64,000 nucleotides of DNA. It comes from Azolla caroliniana (taxonomy: Eukaryota; Plantae; Polypodiophyta). The notes beneath the pieces were generated by a model. It was not told the DNA's origin and made no database searches. It was given only the letters and a program-made list of their open reading frames with translations. Shown here one piece after another: positions 24,595-38,699 of this stretch (position 1 is its first letter; each line of letters begins with the position of its first letter). The stretch lies in the NCBI GenBank assembly GCA_043228905.1, contig JBHGNT010000007.1:14012001-14076000 (forward strand). Direction: 5' to 3'. A program made the position numbers and the translations under genes.

Positions 24595-27500
24595 TTAATC
24601 TCTAGGGACACAAACAAGTAAACCTGAAGGAGTATTTGAGAGGCAAAGCTTCCCTGAGCCAAGTAAATCACGTATATGAAACCGCATACCCAATTGTGAT
24701 GTCCTCAACATTTTCTTTTCCAAAGAAGATAAAAGCAATCCTTTATACTGCCTTCGGTTCAGAAGAGAGAATACCTCTTTTCGTCCCTACATATTATGAA
24801 AAAAGATAAAACTTTGGCCATGCACATCTATATATGTTATTTTCTCTTAACATAGAGAATTGTTCACTACAACTTGCCTGTGCCAGGTTTTTTAGTATAA
24901 CGCCAATATTTGGAATAGCAAACCAATAGGATTTCTGATCAGCTAATTGTCGTACCTACATTATAAAAAAAGGGTATTGATATCATTTTCTCCATTGAGG
25001 ATATATATGAGGTTCAGTTACTTTTCTAGCAAAACAAGGAGGATGAAGAATTTAAGGGGGAAAACTTCAAAAGGTTTTCTCATGATCTCGCAAGCAATCC
25101 TAAAACCCACAAAGTGCTCCAATACTACAAAGCTTACTTCTTTCGTTTAGTAAATGCTGACAACGATGAATTATAGACTAAATTTAAATGTGTGCATACA
25201 CATATTGACAACAAGTTTGAGCACATTCTTATCCCCTCTTCACTTACCAGAAAGCCTGTTTTTATGAGAAGAGAAATATGGCTGTCTTGGACATGACATC
25301 CTGCTTTGGCAAGAAGAGATTCCTGAGAAAATGATTGAAAGTGAGATTATATGCAGCATGCCTTTTATGCTGCTATCAAAGATTAAAATGATAGCAAATG
25401 CGACCAAGAATTTATTAGGGGTAGAATCTTCAAGAATACATTTCCAATATAAATTCATCAGGGCGAAAATGAACGAAAAAAGAGTTTACCAGCGACAACT
25501 TAAGTAAATAATTCAGGGAGCTTCCCAACTTAGATTTGAGTTTTTTAATTGAATTTTTCTTTCTTTTCAAAACTTAATCTTTCATAGAACAATTTGCAAT
25601 GGCAATGCCCAGATTTGAACACATCCTATGGATAGATGAATTACTAGCTGTACCAGTGGGCCATGCCACTTTTACTTTCAATGAAATTTGTAAGACTATT
25701 GAAAATAGCAAGAGGTAATAATCTAATGTGAAAATAGTGAAAATATGGCCTCATATTAATGATAACATCAACTCTCGGCTTAATAATATTGAAAATAGCA
25801 ATTTTACTCTGCCAAAAAGGATAATTTAACTGATGTAGTTCGGTGATAATTCATCGTGATTGATCAAGTTCCGGAGAAAAAGAAATGAATATTGTGATTT
25901 TAGAGAGAGAAACAGGAATGTTTAGACCCTGTAAAAGGGATGAAGCACGTGGGTTAAAAGTGCTTAACTATGATGGATTATCATTAAAATGCACTAATTC
26001 CATTATCCTTTTTGGCAGGGGTATATTTGAATTCTTCAATATTATGAGGATATTACCCGTAATATGAGGGAATATTTGATATTTTCCCCAAAATAAACTC
26101 CACATGATCAAAACTAAAACCCCTCAATTCCCAGTTTTGCAATGTATAACTAATCTCATCTTGTAAAATTAGTCTTGTAGACACACACACACAGATCGTT
26201 AATTATTAATTCCACACATCAGAGAGGGAGGTTTTCTACTGAAACAATTCGTTTGTCAATGATCAAATGTTAACCCGGTCTGTGATATGCTAAGAGTATG
26301 CAACCTGGACTATCCATCCACTGAGACTGATGCCGTGGGATCATTGTCTTAGACAAAAGCTAACAGAAGAAAGATAAGGTTGGGCTCTGCTAAGATACAA
26401 TTTACATCCATGTAAAATGTGTTTTATTTGCAGCACATCCTCATGATATGTTTGGAGGCCTCCCTTAAAAAGTTGTTGGGTGCATTTAGCCTATTTTGAA
26501 GGGCTGGTCAGCCCCTTCTCCATCAGAAATCATTACTTATTCCCAGGAAGATTGCCCCTAAGTTTGTTTAGCACAATTTTATCTACAAACATGCAGAAAT
26601 TAGTGTTCAAAATCACGGATTGTAGATCAAAATCGAACTTTTTGTTCATTCTTGCAGGTACATGTGCAAAAGTCTTCACAGTTGGTTCCTGAAACAACCT
26701 GAGCATCTTTGTTATGTCATAACCAGGGATAATGCTTTTATAAAGTTGTGTTCCGATGGCTAATGTAATGAGAATTGTAATTTCAGATTTTATTGGAGTA
26801 ATGTAATGAAATAATTGCAGGGTACTAAACTTGGGAGCATTTTTCTGTACTCAACCATACTGTATATTTCTTATTCATTTGTCTGTAAAAGCTCATGTCA
26901 GTTCAATGTCTTAACTATGGTGTGTAATCAAAATTCCATAGCTAATCGAACTGCACAAGGCTGCTTTTAGTAATAATCAATCTGGGCGTACAATGTCACA
27001 CAATCTAGCATTTGAAAAAACAGTTTACAAGCAAATGTAGCAAACAAAGTTTTCAAAAACTTGAGCTCTTCTTCATTTTACTCCTAACATCTTAATCACA
27101 TATGAGGTTTTACTTACAAAGTGAGTTTGAGTGATACCGACATCAACATATGTTGGCAAAACATGATCCTTATACCAATCAAATATCACCATCTCACATC
27201 CGGTATATTTCCCTTCTACAGACTCCTTGCCCAACTTTATCTGAGTGGCAAACAAATTTCAAATTAACAATTGCAACTATAATATCTTGCTTTAAATGTT
27301 ACCACAAGTAACCACAGAAATAAAAGTACAAACCCAATTCCTAACCACTCATCTGCACACCCCTTCCTAAGATTGACTTAAACTCTCCCCCTCTCTCTCT
27401 CCAATTTATCATGACAAGGGAAAAATGTGGAGGCTCACACTCCACACATTATGCTACATTCGCTGCACCTAATTACAAAACAATATTCTTTGCTAAACAC

Positions 27501-30500
27501 AGGAACTGCAAAAATCAATACATGTCAGAGCCTATCCAATTGTACGTCATCCGAATCATTGCTTCCATATGACTTAGTTCATACTCGCTTCAATGTGAGA
27601 TAAGACGTTGGGGCACAGGTGATGAGACTAGTTGACTATGCACATTTTTTCCTTTAACAAATTTGGAAGTTTGTGTATCACACTTTGATCCAATGGTCTC
27701 TTGTTGATCACATTTGGTTATACTTTCCACAAATCTTTGAAGCAGAACAATCCTTGCATAAATTTCTCTCATAGCCATAGTGTGCACTCTCCATCACAAT
27801 ATTCATTGGTTAAGTTCTTGAATATCAAGAGTCACTATTCACTTACACATGTACTACATGAAAACGTGATATGTTTTGGTCTCATATGTCATTTGACCTT
27901 CAAAGACAATAATAAAATTTGTCTCACTCACCCCCATTCCCATACAAAAATTAAAGACAGTTTTAGAAATCTATATTAACTCTATAATTTATTTCACAAA
28001 GGTCCCTGATGGATGCAAACAATAATTTCAGATCGTACTATCTCATAATCTAAATTTGTCCCTATTCAACATACAGAGAATACTTTTTTACTTTCAACGG
28101 TACACTTATTCATTCTTCTCTTAAATTGCAATGATACTTCTCTTAAATTGACATAATTTATAGCATTTTGATATGAAACACGCCTCCTAGAAGATAATTT
28201 TATATAACCTAATTATTCTTATCTTCAATAAAATAAGATATTATTTTCACCACGTTATCTAAATCAGAAGTTCCACCTGTTCAATGTAATCATTAAAATA
28301 CATTATCGCATAGTCATCTTGTCCAGAACTCAGCTTGAATATACGAACAGTACTCTGTTGCTTCAAAATCTATGAAATGCAAATTTAATAATTCAAAAGA
28401 AACCGAGAAAATCATCATACATATACTAATTTTCTTAGGCTAATAGTCTCAAACGTTTTCCACAGATTATCCCAGGAAACAAAAAAGAAAGGAACCACCA
28501 TGGAGAAGTAGAAGAAATAAACATTTTCTGACATTTATTTCAATTAGCTTTAAACCAAAAAGAAAAGATGCAAACCTCCAGTTCTCTATCCACAACTGTG
28601 CGATCTTTCACAGCACTATAAAGCTGAGACAGTAACACAAATGGACGCATCGATACCTGCAAGAGAATAAAATTGATGTTGCAAAAAAATGGTATGAAAG
28701 CCAAGTCAAGATAAATAGAAGTAATCATTTATCCAACCTTTCTTATGTCTGGGAATTGTGCATGCATCATCATTAGAGCAGCATCTGTATCTGAAGGAAT
28801 ATTCCAAACCTCTACAAAAAGCCAAAAATATATATCTTATCATCAAATTGCAAAACGTAAGTAAATCAGGTCAACCCAGATGTGGAAGCTATTCCACCTG
28901 GCTGTGGAACTAACAAGAATGAACTTCAGGTCAATGCTTAGGTCATCTGGTGGGCCAATCTCAGCTGCAGGCCGTTATGGGAGATCCGAGACCACAGTGA
29001 ATTTATGATCTTCTTTATCACGAGAGCTACATCATCAAAACATGGAAATAGCTGTCTTGGTTCTTGGCAATATCCATCCATAATCTGATGAGATAGCAAG
29101 AAAAATGAAGTTTCAAATGGATTTACAGCTGATATTGAAAAGAAGAATTATGAACCCCGTGGCACCAATATCTGCAGGCAAAAGAATAAAGGGACCCTGT
29201 GCTAGTATTTCTGCGTGAGAGAAAGAAAGAATAACTGTCAATTTAATTGGATGGCAACATTAAGTTTGGTAACTGTGAAGGATGCTATGTTAGTGTCACG
29301 CGAAGATTAATGGCCTTCCGAACAGCAACTTCAACATTTCGTACACCAAAAGGTTATAGCTTTATTTGGGATAAGTTGCAACAACTATTATCATTGTGTG
29401 ACCCAATTCCTGATTTTAGATGTTGGATCTCAAGAACTTGATTGGGCATCTGTTGGAAATAGAGGATTGACCATGATATCCACAAATGATGCTTATAACA
29501 AGTTGATTGACAAACATAAGTGGATTGACGAAAGGATTACGAAGGTATGGGGTTTTCATAAACCCATTACCTGGTGCTTTTATGTGATCACAGCCAGTTG
29601 GTGTTCTCGATTGATGCTAGGAGCTAAGGAATTCATTTGGAGCGTATGGTTGGAGCTTTACCAATGGTGGATGCATTAAACAAAAGAAAGATTGATAGTT
29701 GAATGTGCTTCTTATGCTCAGTGGAATCGGAAGATAGTAGGCATCGATTTCTTCCATTCCCAATGGCTAGAATGGTTTGGAGGTGTATCAATTTAGTGTG
29801 GATGTCTTTGGCTCAAGTAAGACTAATCCACATAGTGCTCAAAAAGATACCAATCAAATTTTGACAATACTTAGAACTTGGTCATTAATTATGTAAAGTT
29901 GACTAGAAAACAAAATCCGATGGGAATTGATAGACGTATTTACATTAAATTCAGGTTTTTATCTAAATTCTATTTTTCCATGGAAGAGAAGGAAACTTGG
30001 CCAATCATTAACGAAAAGCTTTTTCTTTTCCTGGCCAGATCTTTTAAATGCAGAAAGATGATATTGAATGTTATTCTATTAAGAGTGAAAACAATGGATA
30101 GTTCAACCATGTGCTTAATTTCAAGGAGAAAGTTTTCGAAGAACACATGTTCAAAAACTTCAATGTATAATCTATCAAGGATGCGTATTTTCAAGAACAC
30201 GTGTTAAAATTCTTCATATCGCAGAAACGGTGAAGTTACTGTAGAAAAGAAAATCTAAGGAACAGACATAGCATGACAATCCAGAAAATCTTAAGAATCC
30301 ATTATAGGAGACAATCCAAAACAATGCTTTCAATATGCGTAGAATTATGTTAAGGCAGCAACATGGAGGCCTTTCTTCTTCTCATCCTTGTCCAAGTCAT
30401 TCCAGAAAATGTTTTTAAGATATTTAGAATAACTATAGTAAGGGTAAAGAAACTGACCTTCTTCTTCATCAATTCCTCTTCCGTCTTCTCTTTCATTCTC

Positions 30501-30779
30501 CGTCTTCTGTTCATCTGAAATGGCGTATGGATTAACTTGAGATTCTGCATTCTTCTTTTCTTCTACCACCTCCTCGATTTGGATCTTGATTCGAGGAGGA
30601 AGGCATTGGTCTACTTCTGCTTTTTCTTCTCCTTCGTCTTCTTCTTTTATTTCCTCTTCTCTGCGTTTACTCGTGTTCTTCTTCTTCTTCTTCTTCTGTT
30701 GCTGCTGCTGCTGCGGGGTGTTGCCGGCTATGGCGCGTGCCCACGCATAGACCGAGTTCAAATCCCGCTTCCGATTCAT
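24595..30779 (-). CDS. STK19: STK19-family protein (serine/threonine kinase 19 homologue; winged-helix nucleic-acid-binding, TC-NER factor in mammals), 8 exons, 345 aa
   Basis: Exons 30779-30458, 28811-28738, 28656-28576, 28369-28277, 27240-27118, 25322-25248, 24955-24878, 24786-24595 splice in frame (1038 nt). Motifs SDTDAALMMMHAQFP, PFVLLSQLYSAVKDRTVVDRELE, VRIFKLSSGQDDYAI, YWFAIPNIG, GRKE, LGMRFHIRDLLGSG match plant STK19-like proteins as I recall them. Exon 1 is the least certain. Confidence 0.88.
29380..29830 (+). mobile_element. Degenerate LINE 3' fragment (zf-RVT-like) in STK19 intron 1
   Basis: Frameshifted remnants reading ..AYNKL..KVWG..W..AKEFIW..GALP..C..ESEDSRHRFL..PMARMVW, typical of an L1 ORF2 C-terminus. 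Confidence 0.55.
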
Positions 30780-31043
30780 CTGCAAAAGAGTAATTCTGAA
30801 GCCTCATCTCTTCTTCAATGACTGACTCATCATGAATCAATAAATCAAATTAGCCAAAGCAATTATAACTCTGCCCCAACCAACATCTACACACCTAACG
30901 CCAATCGCATTGTGATGATCGAACTTGTTGGGTCCTCCCCATTCGAAGATGATTTGATGCCGCGATCTAATCCTCCAACCCCAACAACTGTGGGGGAGCA
31001 AGAGGGACGATCATGCGCACAATGAGAGAGATCAATCGGTTCA

Positions 31044-32713
31044 TGTTGGTCAGGCAGGACAACCTCTCTGTATACTAGGGAACTATACAGAGAGGTGTGT
31101 GAATTTTGAGAGGGCCAAAAACTAGAACTGATAGTCGATCGGCTTGTCTTTGTAATAGTTTTGCATTATTAATATAATTTTGTGCTTGTGGGCAAACCCT
31201 CTGTTCTTATTTCTAGAATCTCTAAGTGTACTATTGTTATTGTGAAATCGTACGCACGCATCTTTGGTAGCCGATTCGGCAAAAACCCACATCATGTGTT
31301 CCTTTCAAGCCTCAAAGCGATCAATCTGTATTGATGAGTGTCATCTGAAGTAGGTGATTAGGGCTATCTCTGGTTTAAGACACCCAGGGAACATCTGCCT
31401 AAAGTTACCCCACATCCCGAATCCGATTAAGTACAGTGTCAGCAAGTCATCCCGAAACCTACCCCTCCTTCCTACCACAATACCTTGAGTCGGTTACTTA
31501 GGAGTATTACTGACAGTGTGTTCCTCTAGATGGGAGTAACACAATTTGGCACACCCGGTTTGAGTTGTGGGTACACAACGAACAAGCAAAAGAAGGAGGC
31601 CCAACTATAGGAATAGTGCAACATAGGGGACCACGGACTCGGTCCGAACCCCGACGTGCAGAGAAAGAAGAGAGTGTGACACAATTAGTGCTCAATGAGC
31701 AACCTCAACAGGAATCGTAAGCCTAGTCGGCAACACTTCGATTCAGTATCGACCAACAATAGTAGTTCCGAGATCAAGCACCCCGAAGACAACGACCCAC
31801 TACAAGGGGTACCCGAAGACCAAGAAATCAACGTGATGTCGTATCCGTATCCCTAGATACAATGATGAAGCCAATGTTGAGGTGCATGCATGCGCTTTTC
31901 TGACGACGTGGTAGACCAACAACGTATCCCAACTCCTGGTCGCGGCCGATGTAGACGCATCGAAAATTGCCGAGTTCGGCTTGTCGCCTAAAGGACAAGC
32001 AACAAACTGGTATTCGCAACACGACTTGGGGGAGTTCCAATCGTTTCAAGAGCTTAAAGATAGATTTATCCGACTATTCCATTGCCGGATCCCACAGTGG
32101 GAATTGATGAGCCAATTCTACACCATGTCTCAAGAACCTTAGGAATCAATTTGGCAGTTCATCATCAGGTTTCAAAACTTGAGACGGTAGTTGGCACGAC
32201 AGCCCCCTATAGAAGAGTATGATCAGGAACGTTATGAGGAAGAGTATGCACTTGGGTACACAAGAGAGACGATTAGGAGGAGGCCAGTCAACAATGTAAG
32301 GCGATTCACGAACAACTAGAATTACTAGAATTACAATACTAACTGGTGCCAGTGGGATCAACGATGCAACGAGGATAATAAGCTTGACATTTGCTGCTTC
32401 CCGTCAAATGAGGATTGAAGGGACGACGAGACAAGCACAACATTACAATCCTCAACCATGGGAAGAAGTCCGAAGAACCTACCCGGCAACCACCGCCACC
32501 ACAAATTGAACAACGAGAATCGAGTCAGTCACCACCCATCATATGCTTCAACTGCCGCAAATCAGGGCACTACGCAACTCGATGCCCAGAAAACGCTTGA
32601 GGGAAGGCATCGTCCGTCAACATGATCACGGTCGAGGTTCAACAAGTGACCACCTACAACAACACTAAGTAGTCCAAGTGGGAAGAGCTTAGGACAAGAT
32701 CCAGAAAGCGAAA
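31044..32713 (+). mobile_element. gypsy C remnant: 5' LTR (~31044-31541), PBS, decayed gag
   Basis: LTR end ..gtaaCA at 31541, PBS TGGCACACCCGGT from 31547, gag remnants (KIAEFGL, CFNCRKSGHYATRC). The LTR start is inferred from TGTTGG similarity to families B and D. Confidence 0.75.
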
Positions 32714-32746
32714 TGTAGGGAAAAGAAGGGAAAGAGTAATAGAAAG

Positions 32747-32780
<34 letters not shown>

Positions 32781-34531
32781 AAAACAGTTATAATATTACG
32801 CCAGGTTACTATTACATCATTGGTGGTGGCTTTATAAGCCCACCATCGATACAGTTACGGTTTCCTTCTCATGAAGGAAACTGTATTCCTAGGATTAATA
32901 TATTTTATTTATTTATTTTTGCTTATAATAATTATTATTTTCCACACTCCCCCCTAAGCAAAAATTTCTAAAAGTGTAGATTTTTATCTTTTTCTTCGAT
33001 TACATCAATTAATCCAATTTGCTTGCAACAAATAATGTGCTTAGAATGTTGAAGAGGTTTCGTTAGAAAATTAGTCCACATTTGATGAGTGGGAGCAAAC
33101 TTTAACTCTATTTTCTTTGTTTCAATGAGATCGTGAAGAAAATGATGTTTTAAGTCCACATGACATATATTGTCGCTCATCTTCGGATTGTTGGCTAACT
33201 TGATGCAAGATTGATTATCGCAAAACAAAGTCACTGTTGGAATAGTATATAGTTTAAATTCTTCAAGCATAGCTTTAATCCATATGCCTTCTTTAGCCAC
33301 TAAAGCCGCGGCAACATATTGAGCTTCGGCGGATGACAATGCTATGATAGTTTGTTTCTTTGACTTCCATGAAATTGTAGTGCTAGCTAGTGTGTAAACA
33401 TAGCCACCTATTGACTTGCGATCGTCCACTTCTCCCCCCCCAATCTGAGTCTGACCAACCATATAGTTGGCTAGAGGGATTTGTCCATCCTTGCACAAGT
33501 GTAGTTGACTCAAATTGTATGGCCGAGTATGTCAACGCATAATGTTGAGTATGCTTCAAGTATCGTAGTAATCTTTTGAGCGCGATCCAATGCTTTGGTC
33601 CTGGATTAACCATGAAACGAGAAAGAAAACCGGCGGCAAAGCAAATATCGAGACATGTGTGACTTACGAAATATCTTATACACCCAAGAATTTGTTTATA
33701 GGGTACATCCTTCATTTCGGAAATTTCTCGTTCATTTTTAGGAGAATCATCATTTGAAAGTTTACATGGAGAGGTAAGAGGAGTACTAATAGGCTTACTA
33801 TGGAGCATATCAAATATTTGGAGGATAGAATTACTATAATTTGATTGTGATAATGAGATACTATGATTTGTTCTATTTTGAGTTATTTTGATGCCTAGAA
33901 AATGTGTCATAGGGCCTAAATCAGTGATAGGAAAGACATATGCAAGTTCCTTCTTTGCAATAGTTAGATAAGATTTGGAATTAGAGATCAAGGTTAAATC
34001 ATCAACATAGACACCTATGATAACAAAATCGGATTTGTATTTTCTAACATATGGGTAAAAGCATGCGAGTGGAAACACTATTATAGCTAATTAGCTACTA
34101 AAATGGCCATAGCTAATTAGCTATTTGTTTAGCTAGTCTTTCTTGTGGGAAAATCAAATATTTGAAAAACTAATTTATGAAAAAACTCAAATATTTGAAC
34201 TTCTGTTTCAGACGTAGTGGAACTTGGGGAATATCACCATCATCTAAGGTCGACTTCAATGTCATCAATTTCCTGTTTAGCCTAAGTCTGATTTTGAACG
34301 CAGATGGAGTACTCAGAGCACGAACGCAGACGTAGCTCCCGCAACAGCAAAAAATCAACATTGCAGATTGAGAGCTACAACACAGAACCCGCTCGATCAT
34401 CGTCCAGGTATGTTTCAGTTACAGAAACCCCAAACATTTGTTTTTTCTTTTTGACTACTGTCTGAACTTTGGTGCCGATTCATATTTCCTCAAAATCGAA
34501 TAGGGCGAAGTCCTTGGAGTCCCATACAAGG

Positions 34532-37500
34532 ATGTCTCGCAAATCGGGGAGTAGCAACAGGTGTGTTTATATTACTTTTTTTGTGTTTAATCCTGTCTTT
34601 AGTGATTAGGGTTTGTGATTGAAATTTCTGATTAGGGTTTGTGATTGAAATTTCTGATTAGGGTTTTTGATTATAAATTTCTGATTAGAATTTCTGAATA
34701 GGGTTTTTGTTTATAAATTTCTGCTTAGGATTTCTGATTAGGGTTTGTGATTGAAATTTTTTATTAGGGTTTCTGATTGAAATTTCTGATTAGGGTTTTT
34801 GATTATAAATTTCTGATTAGAATTTCTGAATAAGGTTTCTGGTTACAAACTTCTGATTACAGATTTTGATTAGGGTTTCTGATTTCAAACTTCTGATTAC
34901 AGATTTTGATTAGGGTTTCTGATTTCAAATTTCTGAATACAAATTATGATTAGGGTTTCTGATTTGCTAAGTTAAAGATTTTGCACCATTTTTGTTGTTG
35001 TTGATTGGGGTTTTTGATTCTCACATATTCTGATTTTGCACTATTTCTGATTTCTGAAATGATATTTCAGATGGCTCGTTCCTCCGTATACGAGAGTGCT
35101 AAACTTCGCAAAATTTTGCGAGACAAAGGAGGACTTCCACAACACCTATGGTCTGTCACTCGAGGGTGTTGACCCTGCTGTCCTAAGTGATAAATTGATC
35201 AGTGATATAGACTGGATGACAGTATATACAGTGCCTAGAGTCAAAGGCAAGGTCAAGCTGAAGCATGTACGAGCCGACTTGTACGATGACTGCATGAGAC
35301 TGCACCAGAAAGTTCATCAGGAGATCCCAGTCAACAATGAGTTGTCAGTTTCATTTGCTAGAGCATTTGCATATGAGTACTGCAAAACAGCGAAGGAATC
35401 TAGAGACCCTGAAATGTATAGGGTAGCTTGGGCAGTCTATGGTGAGGCATCGGTAAAAAGATGCCGAAAGATGGGGACCTTGGCACAAAAAATAGACAGA
35501 TTTTGGAGCATGGCAGCTGTTGATGCAACTGCCGACTCCCAGCAAGACCGGGGGCATACACCACACCGACACCCAAGGAAAGCCAATGTCGATGATACAG
35601 GTGAGACATTGGTTAGCTATATGCTAAAAAATGTCCATGAAGCCTGTGAGACATTGGCATTTTTTAAGACTGATTTAGAGAAAGCCACAATGGCTTCTGC
35701 AATGGAGAGCAAAGTTACTTCTGCTGTTACAACAATTAGAAATAAGATTCAGGTAACTATTGTTTTGCTGGTATGTGATTGTGTTATAAATAACGGGTAA
35801 AATGTGCTAATCAAGCATTATCTGGAATAGGTTGCGCAACAAGAGCTTGAATTAGAGGGGCCACTGGATCCCCAGCGTAAAATAGAACTGCAAATAGAGA
35901 TCCAGGTTCTTTCAATGAACCTGGACCTTCTAGGTGTAAATACTGTTGCAGATTACAATTTGGATAAGCTTCAAGTAAGTTAACGATTCCTGAGCAAAGT
36001 TGGTGTATCTTTCAACAACAAGAATAATTAATCGGTAAATTTCTCTGTTGCGTTGAAGGAACAATACATTCATCAAGAACAGGTAGTTAGCTGCCTTAAG
36101 AAGAAGCTACATTTTGTGGAGGGAATGGTAAGGACCAGACAGGATTTGGACCTGAACATTCTTGCTCCCTTACCAAATGAAGTAGAACCAGAAAATGATT
36201 TATTGACAGTTCAAGCACGTTGCATCGCTTGCGGGTTAGGTGTGGAGGACAAAACTGCGTCTTTGTTGGTTCACCTACAACCATGCAACCACACATACCA
36301 TCTGCTTTGTTTTCAACATGCCTGTCGAATTGCTGCATTCTGTTTGGGAGATTGCAGTACAACTCTACCAAATGAGTGGAGAAAACAAACAGGTATACCA
36401 TACTGTAGCTAATAAGCTTAGTCTTTTCTAATTAGCTATCCTACTAGCTAATTAGCTATTGGCAGCTAATGAGCTACTAGCTAATTAGCTATCCTAGTAG
36501 CTAATTAGCTATGGTACTAGCTAATTAGCTAGTACCATAGTTGTGTAAAAAAGCTAAATAGTTGTGTAAAGCTAATAAGCTAATTAGCTACTGCCATAGT
36601 TGTGTAAAGTAGCTAATAAGCTATCCTAGTAGCTAGTTAGCTATGGTACTAGCTAATTAGCTAGTACCATAGTTGTGTAAAAAAGCTAATTAGCTATCCT
36701 ACTAGCTAATTAGCTACTGGCAACTAATTAGCTATCCTACTAGCTAATTAGCTATCCTACTAGCTAATTAGCTACTGACATAGTTGTGTAAAGTAGCTAA
36801 TAAGCTATCCTAGTAGCTAGTTAGCTATGGTACTAGCTAATTAGCTAGTACCATAGTTGTGTAAAAAAGCTAATTAGCTATCCTACTAGCTAATTAGCTA
36901 CTGGCAACTAATTAGCTATCCTACTAGCTAATTAGCTATCCTACTAGCTAATTAGCTATCATAGTAGCTAATTAGCTACTGACATAGTTGTGTAAAGTAG
37001 CTAATAAGCTATCCTAGTAGCTAATTAGCTACTGGCAGCTAATTAGCTATCCTAGTAGCTAATTAGCTACTGGCAGCTAATTAGTTGTCCTAGTAGCTAA
37101 TAAGCTATCCTAGCTACTACATAGTTGAGAAAGTAGCTAATTAGCTTTCATTGTAGCTAATTAGCTATCCTAGCTACCACCATAGTTAGTAAAGTAGCTA
37201 ATTAGCTATCCTAGCTACTACCATAGTTGAGTAAAGTAGCTAATTAGCTACCATAGTAGCTAATTAGCTATCCTAGCTACTACTATAGTTGTGTAAAGTA
37301 GCTAATAAGCTATCCTACTAGCTAATTAGCTATCCTAGTAGGTAATTAGCTATGGTACTAGCTAATTAGCTAGTACTATAGTTGTGTAAAAAAGCTAATT
37401 AGGTATCCTACTAGCTAATTAGCCACTGGCAACTAATTAGCTATCCTAGTAACTAATTAGCTACTGCCATAGTTGTGTAAAGTAGCTAATAAGCTATCCT

Positions 37501-38699
37501 AGTAGCTAATTAGCTACTAGCAGCTAATTAGCTATCCTAGTAGCTAATTAGCTATCCTACTAGCTAATTAGCTACTACCATAGTTGAGTAAAGTACCTAA
37601 TTAGCTATCCTACTAGCTAATTAGCTACTACCATAGTTGAGTAAAGTACCTAATTAGCTATCCTACTAGCTAATTAGCTACTACCATAGTTGAGTAAAGT
37701 ACCTAATTAGCTATCCTACTAGCTAATTAGCTACTGGCAACTAATTAGCTATCCTAGTAGCTAATTAGCTATCCTACTAGCTAATTAGCTGCTGGCAACT
37801 AATTAGCTATCCTACTAGCGAATTAGCTATCCTAGTAGCTACTGCCATAGTTGTGTAAAGTAGCTAATAAGCTATCCTAGTAGCTAATTAGCTACTGGCA
37901 GCTAATTAGCTATCCTAGTAGCTAATTAGCTACTGGCAGCTAATTAGCTGTCCTAGTAGCTAATAAGCTATCCTAACTACTACCATAGTTGAGTAAAGTA
38001 CCTAATTAGCTATCCTAACTACTACCATAGTTGAGTAAAGTACCTAATTAGCTATCATACTAGCTAATTAGCTATCGTACTAGCTAATTAGCTATCCTAG
38101 CTTCTACCATAGTTTAGTAAAGTAGCTAATTAGCTATCCTAAATAACTGTCATGTTATTGTAGAATCTTGTGGATTAAGGACGGCACATGATGTGTCTGG
38201 TGCTGATGATGCTGCAACAGATGAGGATACTACTGCCAATGTGGCTGAAAGTAAGAGTCCTGCTATCACATCTCCTTCAGATCAGCTGCACCCTATTCTT
38301 TTGGAACAGTGTACTGAATTAGGCAACGATGTGAAATGCCATGAAATAGTGGAAACAACATGTAAAACTGAGGTTCACAACAACAGTGTTTATGAACACT
38401 TGATGCAACATTTCTTCGAGTCTCAAGACCTTGATTCCACCCCACCGAGCCCAACTACTGAAAATGTCCAAACAGATCCCTCTGTACTTGAAAAGCTAGT
38501 TCAAGAAACGGCTGATGTGCAATTAGCTGCTGAGGCGATGGGAAGGTTGTCGGAGGAGGACACACTTGCGCATTGGGTCCTAGAAGCAAGGCTAAATGGG
38601 GAACCAACCAGAAAAAGGCTGAAGAAGGGGCCACGATCGGGAACAAGACCAGTTATTCGGTCAAGGGGCCCAGACGTAGTGGAGCGAAATACTGTTTAG
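34532..38699 (+). CDS. Transposon cargo gene: unknown N-terminal domain + coiled coil + RING-H2 finger + acidic tail with basic NLS-like end, 5 coding exons, 574 aa
   Basis: Exons 34532-34560, 35071-35752, 35831-35974, 36059-36392, 38164-38699, all GT-AG with matching phases (2,0,0,1), 1725 nt, no internal stop. RING pattern C-x2-C-x17-C-x-H-x2-H-x2-C-x10-C-x3-C. Probable 5' UTR intron 34408-34503. Confidence 0.78.
34600..34965 (+). repeat. Intronic tandem repeat (13/26-bp unit) rich in the telo-box TTAGGGTTT
   Basis: Variants of gattagggtttgtgattgaaatttct, with about nine TTAGGGTTT motifs. Confidence 0.9.
36405..38140. repeat. Satellite built on the 14-bp palindrome TAGCTAATTAGCTA, filling intron 36393-38163
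   Basis: Dozens of copies separated by short spacers (tcctagta, ctggca, ccatagttgtgtaaag). Confidence 0.95.

Noticed and set aside
28890-29215. Possible extra STK19 exon in intron 1
   Set aside because: Candidate acceptors I tried run into stops, and exon 1 already joins 28811 in phase.
30345-30785. Standalone 146-aa gene
   Set aside because: Better explained as STK19 exon 1 reading on into intron 1 past the phase-1 donor at 30458.
33383-34078. ORF starting MFPLACFYP as an intact RT gene
   Set aside because: The first residues come from the transposon TIR; the true RT continues at 45572-45647.
34600-34965. Interstitial telomere
   Set aside because: TTAGGGTTT motifs are single units inside a longer repeat, not contiguous (TTTAGGG)n.
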